Positions 40,701 to 49,661 of a stretch of 64,000 nucleotides of DNA are shown here, in pieces. A model generated the notes under the pieces. That model was not told the origin of the DNA, ran no database searches, and was given only the letters and a program-made list of their open reading frames with translations. This DNA is from Acanthaster planci. Lineage: Eukaryota. The position numbers and the translations under genes were made by a program. Within the stretch, counting starts at the first letter, position 1, and each line of letters starts with the position of its first letter. The stretch spans positions 1,267,588 through 1,331,587 of the forward strand of contig NW_019091361.1 of the NCBI RefSeq assembly GCF_001949145.1, given 5' to 3'.

Positions 40701-43700
40701 ACGCTGGGTAAAAAAAATGCCCAACATTTTTTAAGTTATAATCTTTGAAACATTAGCTATTATCAGCTGATGGCAGACTAATGATCCGAGGCACCATCGT
40801 AGTAATGGCTCCTAATTCCCAGAAGCCATTTTCTATTGTGTTCCCTGAATTTAATCTGTGAAATATAGGGTGGTTGCTAGGGTTTTTTGGGGGGGTTCTA
40901 AGCCTCACTTTCGGGTTTTTTTAGACGTGGCTTCAAATATTTAGATAAAGTTTATCACAAATTTTAAATCATTCTAATGTACACTGACAATAAATTTACA
41001 AAACCTTTACTTTGTTACCGTCATTTTACTCTCGGGTTCTGATAATGAAATGATAATGACTCCAGATAAATATGAACGAAACCAATCCAGTGCCGTATCT
41101 GATACACCAAACTTGGATTGTAATCCAGAGCGCAGCGAGTGCTTGCTGCATGCACCATCTGTTTCACAACCATAAGCCCCCTTTATACATACCCCTTGGT
41201 AATCGCCGCAATCTTTCGCTGGTAATCTGCATCCTTAAAACGTTGTGTACTGCTGCAGTTGAATTCATGCAATCATTGGTGCTTCGTATGACCTGACAAC
41301 ATCAAATTTAATGCTTGCGCAGTAGCTTCTATTGGGCTGTGTACCCAAAGTTTTTAAATACCATCATTGCCCTTATCGAACGCTTTCTTCTGGACTTATT
41401 TTGAGAATAAATAGCCATGTTGTTTATACGATTTTGTGTTTTATTTGAAGCATTTTTATCACGGAATTTATACAAAAGGTATGTTATGAGATGTCATGAT
41501 CACTCATTGTGATACAGCGCGTGCTGTTTCTCGTGAACTTAATTGTCCTGTGGTGGTAAACATGTTGGCCAGTCTTAGCCAAATTTGTACAAAGACTTTG
41601 AAAAATTATGGTTTGGAGTGACAAATAAAATTACAAACATTGCATGAATAATGGAAAAGTTCATCAAATTCTCTGAAAAAACTGTTTACGACAGCAAAGT
41701 AAATCTTATATTAGATTTGTTTTTTTTCTTTTTCCGGGTCATTGCGACGAGTTGTAATTAATTGCAACGAAAACACCACAAATATTGCTAAGATATTACT
41801 GGCCCCACTTGTCTGGCTAAGCCGCAGGCAGTAATTAGTCATTTTTGGAATGTTTACTTTTGTTCGTCTGACCGGGCGGCGATGATCATCGAGCACTTTG
41901 ATGTGTGAGAGTTGTAACTGGTCTTCTGTGTCCTTCTTCCATGATCCAAGCAAAAGCTTGCCCCGAATCACGAGGTACAGCAAAAGTGTCACTAGTAGGA
42001 GTCAAATTGTTATGTTCTCTTGAAATTAAGGAACTCAGTGTACCAGATTTTATTCAAGTTTAACTCGCAAAAAGCTTATTCCCACTTGATGCGAAAGCGA
42101 ATACAAACGCGATCAGGCGTATGTGACGTCTTATCAGTCCCGACTTCAAGTAGGATCCAGGCAGACATTCCTGGCACAGAGTAGTTAGAACAGAACTCGG
42201 GTTTAACGAACCCTGGGGTAAAAAAAAAATCTTAACCCGGGGCAGCAAATCCCTGGGTTAAGTTGTAGTGGGAAAAGGGTAAAACAGAGTAACTTAACGG
42301 TCGTTGCGCTCGGCAGCAGCCGCTTGCATAGCTTCTTATATGGCACCCTCATTTGATATCTTTTCCGCGCGTGTCATACGCCCAGTAACAAGTCCGACTT
42401 GACAGACAAGCCAATCAGACCCCCGTCAGTGGTATATACGCTATGTAGTAACTGATTAATGAACGACGTGATCTTGCATAGTTCGATCAAAGAAGTCAGA
42501 CTTGTAGACTCGTTCATTATAATAGAAGTATGAACGATGTAACAAGAAGTCCAGCATTTTGATTGGCTGCTACCTGCTTTGGTAGATGAGCTGATTTGTT
42601 GCGTACAACAACAGCGGAATTTTGAACTTACAGCACACTAGAGGGAGCTAAGCAAGTATCGACGCGGCCTCCATATCCAAAGCATAAACACAGGCCTCAC
42701 GGAAGATTCCGACTTGAGTCAAGTCTATGGATTCGTAAAAGTTGAACAAATTTCAAACTTTTGAAATTCACTGCAAGACTTTCGTGACGTAAAAGTTTGC
42801 TTTGTTTCGCATTCGCCTATGAAAGTAGGTACCCGTATACCAGCACAGGCATTGCAAAATCACTTACCAGCCTTCACCACAAAACCCATTCCTTTTTAGA
42901 TTGCTGTGTAACGCGTGTCGCGTGATCCTAGGCCTAATGAGTATTGAATTTACCGGAAATTAATTCCCCCTACTGATCCCTTGGAGTTCGTAATTATCAG
43001 TCGGACGTATTTTGCAACGGCAGTATTTTGTTCTAATGAGCCGCTTCTGAAGTCAACAAACACCCCCAAGCTCTCTTGAGGTCAATTACTGAAGATTTAA
43101 TTGGCATCAGAAACCAAGTGTTTCTGCTGAAAACAGAGCCTTTGTTTCCTCGCTGCAAAACATGATGTTTGTCCCACGAAGGTCAAACTGAAAGAAAAAT
43201 GCGTATATGAGGAAATAAGAGTCGATTTGGGAATACTTCGTAACACACTTTCCCCAGATTTTATCATCCCAGTTTGGCACTTAATGACGTCTACATATTT
43301 CGGTCGTTAAGTTGCATTTATAGCGTATAGGGGCCTACTAGTCCATTTTGCTGCTGCGTTTTTGCTTCCATTGGCGTTTCGATCATTCATTTAAATTCTC
43401 CTTCGAGTTAAAACATTCAGATACTCTTGTCTTGTGTTATGTTAGTGTTTTGGAAGTCTCAAGACTTGCAATGAAATAAATAATCGATCAAATGTTCGAG
43501 AGAGGACACGGAAAGTTATTCTTTAAGGTGTTAATTACAAAACCAGCAAAAGAAATAAAAAAGGAGTCTCCCTGTAGCAATCAAAACATGCGTTTTAATC
43601 AACGCCACTATAAGACAGGCCTAGTTACCTACACAAACGTTCGTATTATAAAATTTGTTTTTAAGTCTGAATCACCACTTTGCCATAGGCCTATGATAAA

Positions 43701-44119
43701 AGCATCCTTTAAAGGAACAATTTGACGACTTGTGACTATGAAATGCAAAAAAAGAAGAGTTTTCATTAACGAAAAATAACAAGTGACACAAAAGTATGGA
43801 TATATTTTTGTCTTATCTACAATGGTAACCTTCCAGTACGTTAAATATCATCTGATTGGAAATGTATTGATACGAAAGTCATGCCAACTTGCTTGCTTCT
43901 ACGGTATTGCCAAATTTTTAAAATTTTGCAGAGGAATCAATGAATGCAGGTCGGGGCACTGCATTCCTAAAATATCACGTCATTGTACCCCACCCACTAC
44001 TCCCAAACCTGGACATATTCCATGTCAGTATCTGGGAAGCACTTACCTGTGGCTGGTGCTCTTCCGAGGAGTCCAAACGCGAGGCTTAAAAGAAGCCACA
44101 TCTTCCAAGCCGTAAACAT
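13520..44119 (-). CDS. Adhesion GPCR: signal peptide, 8 SRCR, HYR, HormR-like, GAIN/GPS, secretin-like 7TM (~1,713-1,721 aa, 23-24 exons)
   Basis: Phase-compatible exon chain: 44119-44047, (42891-42868), 40375-40055, 37639-37334, 36800-36480, 35670-35338, 32400-32089, 31510-31187, 30230-29898, 29199-28885, 27174-26839, 24465-24349, 23811-23675, 23413-23261, 20850-20448, 19978-19782, 18329-18165, 17503-17388, 16993-16894, 16212-16044, 15306-15240, 14858-14588, 14514-14473, 13750-13520. All junctions are GT-AG except the acceptor at 14516-14515. Confidence 0.85.
13979..14427 (+). mobile_element. piggyBac-type non-autonomous element
   Basis: TTAA|CCCTAAAAAGAGCC ... GGCTCTTTTATAGGG|TTAA; inverted second copy at 60503-60890. 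Confidence 0.75.
14473..14514 (-). CDS. TM7 C-half micro-exon (GVSILMIFSIERGE), non-canonical acceptor
   Basis: Completes the Q|G..I..F TM7 motif, but the preceding intron ends ...TTTTACCGTG rather than AG. Confidence 0.55.
14588..14858 (-). CDS. 7TM exon, TM5 to first half of TM7
   Basis: CFLAPNLAMYFSLLLPICLILVNN...LGTWCLG...IIFCALSCVQ; GTGAGT donor. Confidence 0.88.
15240..15306 (-). CDS. 7TM exon, TM4/ECL2
   Basis: GLPLIVTGIPLIVATDQYGNAD(Y); phase 1-2. Confidence 0.82.
16044..16212 (-). CDS. 7TM exon, TM3 to start of TM4
   Basis: GCVIVSALLHYLPLATMMWTAVEARNMY...IVAWG, the secretin/adhesion-class TM3 signature. Confidence 0.9.
16894..16993 (-). CDS. 7TM exon, ICL1/TM2
   Basis: NLRQRKSGQMFSQFIFALLIMYTVFVAGVDNAR; phase 2-0. 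Confidence 0.82.
17388..17503 (-). CDS. 7TM exon, TM1
   Basis: LNPITQIGCIASAGMYMAILLMYIPL; phase 0-2. Confidence 0.82.
18165..18329 (-). CDS. GPS motif exon
   Basis: CVFWDFTLKNGVGDWSNAGC...CLCNHATNFAVFV; absent from the ORF track. Confidence 0.93.
19782..19978 (-). CDS. GAIN subdomain B exon
   Basis: RFIAFADDTLFP...IVSLSVEDVELVNLTEPVVVQF is typical of GAIN-B. Confidence 0.88.
20448..20850 (-). CDS. GAIN domain exon
   Basis: VTFQFLDATN...IAAVSLPSNL; AG/GT ends, phase 0-1. Confidence 0.8.
22316..22700. repeat. C/T-rich low-complexity tract
   Basis: CCATC/CCCT-rich, almost G-free sequence. Confidence 0.6.
23261..23413 (-). CDS. GAIN subdomain A exon
   Basis: Helical segment ...VSEVSHILHDIASSNVGTPE; phase 0-0; alternative acceptor at 23407. 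Confidence 0.7.
23675..23811 (-). CDS. HormR domain, second exon
   Basis: ATRNCSLNVQQGIARWKEPHYHSC fits the A.R.C...W..P....C pattern; AG/GT ends. Confidence 0.8.
24061..24244. mobile_element. Palindromic MITE (~180 bp), copy 1
   Basis: Folds back on itself (CGCCTCCAAGAGTTTGCAATGCACTGGCCAATC... and its reverse); homologous to 32826-33005 and to the fragment at 21515-21543. Confidence 0.7.
24349..24465 (-). CDS. Hormone-receptor-like (HormR) domain, first exon
   Basis: NCSEDVTSNPQFGSLLWPSTEAGSMVESTQKCAPF fits the C...WP.T..G.....C pattern; phase 1-1. Confidence 0.75.
25143..26110 (-). mobile_element. 5'-truncated, frameshifted L2/CR1-group LINE (RT C-terminal region and 3' tail)
   Basis: LNDNKTEFL, VRNL..WFD, LIHAFISSRLDYCNSLL, LQRVQNACAR, ITPLLKDLHWLPVRFRIVFKI; ATT-rich tail at ~25143-25170. 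Confidence 0.9.
26839..27174 (-). CDS. HYR-like domain exon
   Basis: TCPPP...ANVSWTQPTAVN...SGDAFGV...RCTFYISVR resembles the HYR consensus (VsW..Pta.D..sGs.F..G..CtF.vtV); phase 1-1. Confidence 0.7.
28885..29199 (-). CDS. SRCR domain 8 exon (6 Cys)
   Basis: VRLVDG..SGRVEIFFRGQWGTVC..FGRGSGPVWL..CIGNETRLADC..TAGVIC; phase 1-1. Confidence 0.92.
29898..30230 (-). CDS. SRCR domain 7 exon (6 Cys)
   Basis: IRLVNG..SGHVELFFHGQWSSIC..VVCRHLGY; phase 1-1. Confidence 0.88.
31187..31510 (-). CDS. SRCR domain 6 exon (6 Cys)
   Basis: VRLVDG..EGRVEIFVNDEWRTVCDRSW..HAGVIC; phase 1-1. Confidence 0.9.
32089..32400 (-). CDS. SRCR domain 5 exon (6 Cys)
   Basis: AGRVEVMLHGRWGTICSDGWD..VVCRQLGY..CTGDEANLADC; phase 1-1. 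Confidence 0.9.
32826..33005. mobile_element. Palindromic MITE (~180 bp), copy 2
   Basis: TTCACAATAGTGCACCTCCAAGAG ... CTCTTGGAGGCGCACTATTGTGAA inverted arms. Confidence 0.75.
35338..35670 (-). CDS. SRCR domain 4 exon (6 Cys)
   Basis: VRLVGG..SGLVEVFFNGNWVAVC..ICRQLGY..CSGNETKLTDC; phase 1-1. Confidence 0.9.
35800..36405. mobile_element. Non-autonomous DNA transposon with ~120-bp TIRs filling most of the SRCR3-SRCR4 intron
   Basis: 35811-35929 is the reverse complement of 36272-36393 (TGAGCGGCCCATTGAAAA..CTCTCAGCTT..TCTTCGGAAAACCC). Confidence 0.7.
36480..36800 (-). CDS. SRCR domain 3 exon (4 Cys)
   Basis: VRLVDG..QGRLEVNYGDSW..VVCRQLG..VGIVC; phase 1-1. Confidence 0.88.
37334..37639 (-). 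CDS. SRCR domain 2 exon (4 Cys)
   Basis: VRLHGG..QGVLQINFQGIWG..VVCRELGF..; phase 1-1. Confidence 0.88.
38827..39008 (+). mobile_element. Penelope-like retroelement fragment, runs into an assembly gap
   Basis: Translates IKSSVNRALIRRAYNICDQEHLRKELHHNSTALQRNGY, the K.sv...l..RA..ic...EL.....l..NGY motif found after the RT in Penelope-like elements. Confidence 0.7.
40055..40375 (-). CDS. SRCR domain 1 exon (4 Cys)
   Basis: IRLVQG..EGRVEILFNDHWGTV..VVCRQLGF..DAGVVC; phase 1-1. Confidence 0.9.
40476..40737. mobile_element. Palindromic MITE beginning CACTG; related copy at 51963-52135
   Basis: Inverted arms (TTTGCCCAACGTTAG..CAGGTGAATCGC..AACTGTT vs AACAGTTAGGCAATTCACCTG..CTAACGCTGGGTAAAA). Confidence 0.6.
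42333..42727 (-). repeat. Inverted copy of the left part of the 7.6-9.2 kb element
   Basis: Shared blocks TATGCTTTGGATAT, CTCATCTACCAAA, GCAGCCAATCA, GTCTACAAGTCTGACT, ACTGACGGGGGT. Confidence 0.75.
42868..42891 (-). CDS. Possible 24-nt micro-exon (GMGFVVKA), phase 1-1
   Basis: AAAAAG acceptor (weak) and strong G|GTAAGT donor; preserves frame. Confidence 0.35.
44047..44119 (-). CDS. aGPCR exon 1, signal peptide MFTAWKMWLLLSLAFGLLGRAPAT
   Basis: ATG, hydrophobic core and G|GTAAGT phase-1 donor matching the SRCR exon phase. Confidence 0.75.
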
Positions 44120-46136
44120 GTTCACGGTTATTCAGCCAGCTGCGAGCGCCGCTCCGGAACGCCAGCCAACTGACAATTATGAAGGTTTTGAAATCCTTAA
44201 AAACGTGTACACCTCCTGAAAGTCCTTGGTATGGCTAATTAGACCATCGTACGTGCAAAATGACATATAATAACCTGTCACTGAATATTACACACGTTCG
44301 CAGGTACGGTATGTTCCATCTTAAGCTCTCTGCCTATTATGATGGTTTAAGAATGGCATTGACTCAGTTCGATGGTCTTCAGGATTCACCGTATCTTCCT
44401 CGGAATCACACAAACATCATTACAGCATTTGATTTCACCATCATTAAGAGTTGGTTTTCATCGACTTGCCTCCCCTGGTATTAATCTCAAATCGACTAAT
44501 TATACGTAGTCTCTTGGGAAATGACTTGCATTTATATGAAGCTAACCATGGATTCTTGTATTTGTTTCCCACATGATGCAGAGTTGCTCACGATGTACAT
44601 CCGTGCACCCATACTCTATCGCTTCATTCCACCTGTACCAGACTTTCATTGGCTGCAGTGTGATCAACGTCACAGACTTCAAATGCAATCAGATCATTCA
44701 GTAAAAAATGCATCGTCGAATGTCAAACCACTAGGCCTACTGGTCTCATCTATACCATGTATGCGATAGTGTTTGAGGAATTAACCTAAAACGTTTGAGT
44801 AGATGGAAACTCACAACAGAGTTCCACTTCTCCTAAAAATAAATTGTTTAAAATAAATCCTCGTATTCCTTCCCATTAGTCTACTATCACAGCTTTCGTA
44901 TTTTTACTTATTTCGTTACGTGGGATTTCATTTTAAATCGGCCCGAAGAGGGAGAGAAAATGTAACAGTGCAACGCTCAAAAGCAAAGTACGTGAAATGA
45001 ACTCTGTCAGTTTTTTTTTTCAAACTTAAATAAACAAAAAATGAAAGACATCTCAGTAATATAAGAAATCGTTCATTCATACTACTGTTTGTTAGTTGGG
45101 TTATTTCTCCATTTTACAGAAAAGAGTATGCCGAACTTCACAAAGTACATTTCAGGCGTCTCGGGTATTTCTGAAGCTCCTTGTCGATGCCGGACCACTC
45201 GTTTCTGAGCGATGCATAGGTCCCAACTCTTGCAGCTTTATATGACTTCCAGAACAAGCAATCCATAGACGTAGATAATTACCTCACGAAAGCAGTCTCG
45301 AAGCAGCTGGTTTGTGATCAGGAAGTTCCCCTCGAGGAAAATGTTGATGTCTCTTCCGAGTAAAAGCTATATTGCTGTAATTATAAGTTGGGAGGCGGGG
45401 AAGGAATAGTCTAACGACCAAATCAACGGTCATGGAACACGTGACGAGTATATGCCTGAGTTGTCAAACTGGACCATTATGATAGTTTTTGTGGACCAGG
45501 ATAAGCCCGAAAGACCACCTCGGATTGAGGAGCAAGGTCCCCTTATTATTATTTGCAATAAGTTTGATAAGGCTTTTAAAAAGTTATCATATTCTATTTT
45601 GTATGTATTACAGTTTTGGCATTGTTACCATAAAGTTGCTTTCAAAACAAAACGAGGGTAAAATTATCTTCATTATCGTCAATTATTGGTTGTTTAATTA
45701 ATGTGAGCACTGCAAGAACAGACGGCTTTGAGAGTGAGAAGCGTAGCGAAACAGTACATGGACTTTGCCAGGAAGGTGGCTTACCTCTTTGCGAGGTGTT
45801 TGGGTGTATGTGAGTTTGTTTCTGCATTCAATTGGGGACCTTGCACAATAGAGGACAATAAGGTCCCCGATTGACAAAGGGTCCCCGATTGACAACTGTG
45901 TACAAAACATATGGGTGGTCTTCTGAAAAAAAGTTACAAACAAAAGTTACAAAGTACAAACAAAAAAAGCCTGTGTTGGTTCTCATCAATCATTTTATTC
46001 AACATCACTGGCCTTTGTAACCAATTATGGTTGATAACTGCACTTGTACAAGTAAAACAGCGGCTACATTCGTTATTTCAATCCAAAACAGATATTACGA
46101 TTCCTTGCGAAATTCTGTCGTCTTTCTTCTGTCAAT

Positions 46137-46494
46137 GGGGGCATATGGCCTAGTGGTTAGGGTTTGTAGCTTCTGATCATTGGGTCGGGGGTTCGAATCC
46201 AGCTGGTGGCACCATGTTGCGACCTTGGGCAAGTCACTTTACCCCCATGTGCCTCTCTCCACCCAGGAATAAATGGGTATACCTGTTAGGGCAGATTTGG
46301 TTGTTAGCCGTGTGCGCCTGATAGGGCAGCATCAGCTCGTATACTTCCCAGGGAGCTGAGATGGTTTCAGGAACGTTCAGTTGCTGTGAGCCCAATGTGC
46401 AGGGATAATGATAATACTGCGCCTTCAGCATCAGTTGTGATGGATATGTGCGCTATGTAAGAATCAGCTATTATTGTTATAATTAATCATTATT
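46137..46494 (+). mobile_element. Near full-length tRNA-derived SINE with a CORE-like central domain and an L2-like 3' tail
   Basis: A box TGGCCTAGTGG, B box GGTTCGAATCC, GACCTTGGGCAAGTCACTTTA (MIR/CORE-like), tail GCGCTATGTAAG..TATTATT. Confidence 0.75.
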
Positions 46495-48617
46495 GCCCCA
46501 GGCCATGCTATGAAACATACTTAAATGGTGTCTTCATGACATGAAAATTTTCCAATTCGACAACTCCAATCTGGGTGAAAATGGTTGAACAAGCCCAGCC
46601 CACAAATCCTGATGGCAACACATTCGAAACACAACAGTTTGGGCATTTTAGCGTCCCACACTTTCATTTTGACTGATTTTTCCTATTTTCGGCGGCATTC
46701 AGGAATGTGCTATTTCCCAATCGACCCCCAATAATGCTCCCCTAAAATCTCAATGCATCAAACCACTGGGTGTGATTTTTTTGTTTCAAAAACCAAGAAC
46801 CAATCAGATAAAGGATTATTAGCCCACCTTTGGTGAGCAGATTGATTTGCACTCCGCCGTGAACGTTAAAGAAACCATGTCATGTGATTTTTATGACTTA
46901 AATACACGTAGCACTGGCAAAGATTTACAGTGTCTCTCTGCCTCCTTTGTAGCAGCAAGTTTGGATTTATGCTAATGAAAACATTCATATTCTTGAGCCA
47001 AAGCATGATGTCATTCAAGACAAAACAGGGGTGTCTCCATGTACAATGCGTCACACTTTTCTACGTTTTCTTGGAGTAGGTTCTGCTTTATACTTGGTTT
47101 TCATGTTAAACAGCTTGTGGGGGTCGACGTTTATTCCAAAAAAAATTTGTGGGTGATTTTAAGGAGTGATTTTTGTACTATTGTTAAATGCTCTCGTGAC
47201 AAGGAGCGGCTTCGTATGACATCAAAATGGCACCTCGTGCATACATATACGTGGATGAAAATATTTTCTAAGAATTCCAAAAACGACCACTCTCTGTTCA
47301 CTTTCAATGAAAACAAGCATTCAGACATTCAGATCTTGTTTGCATTGCTGTAACACAGCAATATGGACGAAAACAAGTCGAGATGAATACCCACTGCTTG
47401 TTTCATTTAAAGCATACAGGTTCCGAGAGTGTGTAGCGTCTACTGACTGCATGGTGTAATTTCCTGCTTCAATCGCTAACATCTGCCATTGAAAACCCTT
47501 GCACTCAAACCTTGACTTTTTTGCTAGTTTAAAGTGATCTCTAAAGCCAACATGGAAAGACTGTGTTATTTTTGTGTACACAAGTCCAAATTTCAAACAG
47601 AATGATTCCTTCAGCAATATCATGGAATCCGATAATTGCTCGCAAGGCGCGCAAGACAAAAATTCATGTTATGCTTGGCAAATAGACGGGCATTCAAGCA
47701 TGTGCGCAGCTCACAATGCAACAAATTAAAGGTTTGCCCTTAATAAACCAGGCAGCCGTATCACAATGCACCCACCACTGAATATGTCTCTTTTTTTCAG
47801 GTGAATGAGCAAGCTTTTTAAAAACTTTTCCGAACTTTTGCAAAGAACAAGGAGTAACTGATAACTCTCCATATTGCATAAAGTGATGAGGCTCTTCTCT
47901 TAGTTTTGAAGATAGAATCAATTATAGCAAAATGCTACATACAGATCAGAACGTTCCCCAACTTTGTTTAACACTAATCTTGTCCTGTCTTGAAAAAAAC
48001 CCCACCTATTTCAAATTTCGAGCTACTTCATCCACAACAACAAGTAATACTATTTTTACAGTGTACATCTAACTATATTAAATTGTTTAACATTTTCAGC
48101 AGTATATGTTTTCCACAGGAAAATAAACCCAATGTAGATTCTACTGCACCGTTTTCATTTCCCGTTTTTCGAGCAAAACACTCGTTTCAGCTGTCACACA
48201 AAAGCTTAATTGCCTCTTTGCACAGAGCAAAGTAAAATGGGGTTGTGTAACAGTACATGTACATCATTCAGGTGCACAGTAGAATCATTTTGCTGTAAGT
48301 TCGATGGAGCAAACTTGAGGAGTTGCCTCTCCAAACTGTTTGCACACAACATGATGATATTTCAAGACGGAGAAGGTATACTCCCCATTTAAACAATCAA
48401 TAATATAATGCTTAAGAGAATATTCTAGTTTGTAAAGTTATTCCACAGCAGTGCGGGATCAAAGAATTATATCTATTTAAATTTTCGTTTAAAATTCAAC
48501 ATTAACTGTTTTATCTGTAGATAAGCACAAATTATGAGGAGATTCAACTGTTTTAAATCGCTTTGTGAACATGCAAAGGTGATTAACACATATCAGAAAT
48601 AGCACGTGTTTCATTCT

Positions 48618-49661
48618 TTACTCCATTTCACGGATTTTCATGTTGCATTTTTTCAAGGAGTAAGCAAAATCATTTTTCCAATTATGCCAATACACCCCTC
48701 GGTCGTCACCCACAGTGGCCCCTTCTTGGTAGTAGAAACCGTTCAAATTACACCTTAAACAGTAATTAAACCACCAGCCTGATCGATAGTTTTTTGCACA
48801 GTTTTGATGCGGATGGTTATCATTTTCATGATCTCTTGTCGAAAAGTTCTGCCGATTGTGCAGTCTCAGTGAGTCTTTGCCGGCAGTGCTGTTGGCGTCA
48901 TATTGGTCGTAGCTCAGCATGTATTCACCTGAAGATATCTGGAAGTGAGAGTACTTGGCCCACGCCGTGTTGTCTTCCCAGTCCCATAAGTCAACTCGTA
49001 GCTCCCACTGCTCGTTGGGGTCGGGAGACGTCAGTTCCACCAAGTAGTCGTTGCCCAGCCAGAACTCTCCCCACAGATCACCGAAGCCGGACTGGTAATC
49101 GGCCCAGGGGCGGTCGAAATCAACGCTGCCATCCAGACGACTCTGGAACACGATCCATCCTCCGCCGTCCGTTTCCATATCGCAGTACACGCGAAGTCCG
49201 TCGTCGCCAAAACCCTTGGGGTGAACGGTGTAGACACCGCTTGAAGAAAAACGACAATCGGCATCCAAGAGCGTCTTGCAGCTCCTGAGGCGACCCTGTG
49301 AGGTAACTCCACTCGATAAGGAGTGGAGAGGTGTGTCTTCATCTTTATCAAAGTACACGCTCCATCGAGTTTCAGCGAAGTGTTCAGGGTGCTCTCGTCT
49401 TGTGGACAGGCTCAACCCGCATATTTTGTCACAGTTGTTGAAGTTGAAGGACTTGCAACTGCCGTCCATGCTGCATTCCCGTCCACAGATGACACGAGAA
49501 TGCACAGTTTTGTTTGCGTACACAAACCCTTGGAGAGCACGATTTTCTGCAGCACGAAATATCTTTCGATGGGAGTAACTTTGCTGTCCATTAACTGAGG
49601 CAACCAATCCCCAAAATATCGCGAGTCTAAAAACGTTAAGACCGATGCTCAGTTTTGCCAT
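48618..49661 (-). CDS. Secreted PAN/apple + fibrinogen-related-domain protein (FReD, ficolin-like), intronless CDS, 347 aa
   Basis: Signal peptide; CGREC..CKSFNFN..C (PAN); VYCDMETDGGGWIVFQSRLDGSVDF, GFGDLWGEFWLGND, FSTRDHEND, GWWFNYC..NLNG (FBG). Confidence 0.93.
   Translation of the reverse strand: MAKLSIGLNVFRLAIFWGLVASVNGQQSYSHRKIFRAAENRALQGFVYANKTVHSRVICGRECSMDGSCKSFNFNNCDKICGLSLSTRREHPEHFAETRWSVYFDKDEDTPLHSLSSGVTSQGRLRSCKTLLDADCRFSSSGVYTVHPKGFGDDGLRVYCDMETDGGGWIVFQSRLDGSVDFDRPWADYQSGFGDLWGEFWLGNDYLVELTSPDPNEQWELRVDLWDWEDNTAWAKYSHFQISSGEYMLSYDQYDANSTAGKDSLRLHNRQNFSTRDHENDNHPHQNCAKNYRSGWWFNYCLRCNLNGFYYQEGATVGDDRGVYWHNWKNDFAYSLKKCNMKIREME

Noticed and set aside
45830..45896. Short repeats (GGTCCCCGATTGACAA twice plus an inverted copy; also 1958-1994 and 52900-53010) as a CRISPR array
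   Set aside because: Eukaryotic context, no unique spacers and no cas genes; these are simple tandem duplications.
48794..49598. Plus-strand ORFs over the FReD gene and over the SRCR exons
   Set aside because: Antisense shadows of real minus-strand coding sequence.
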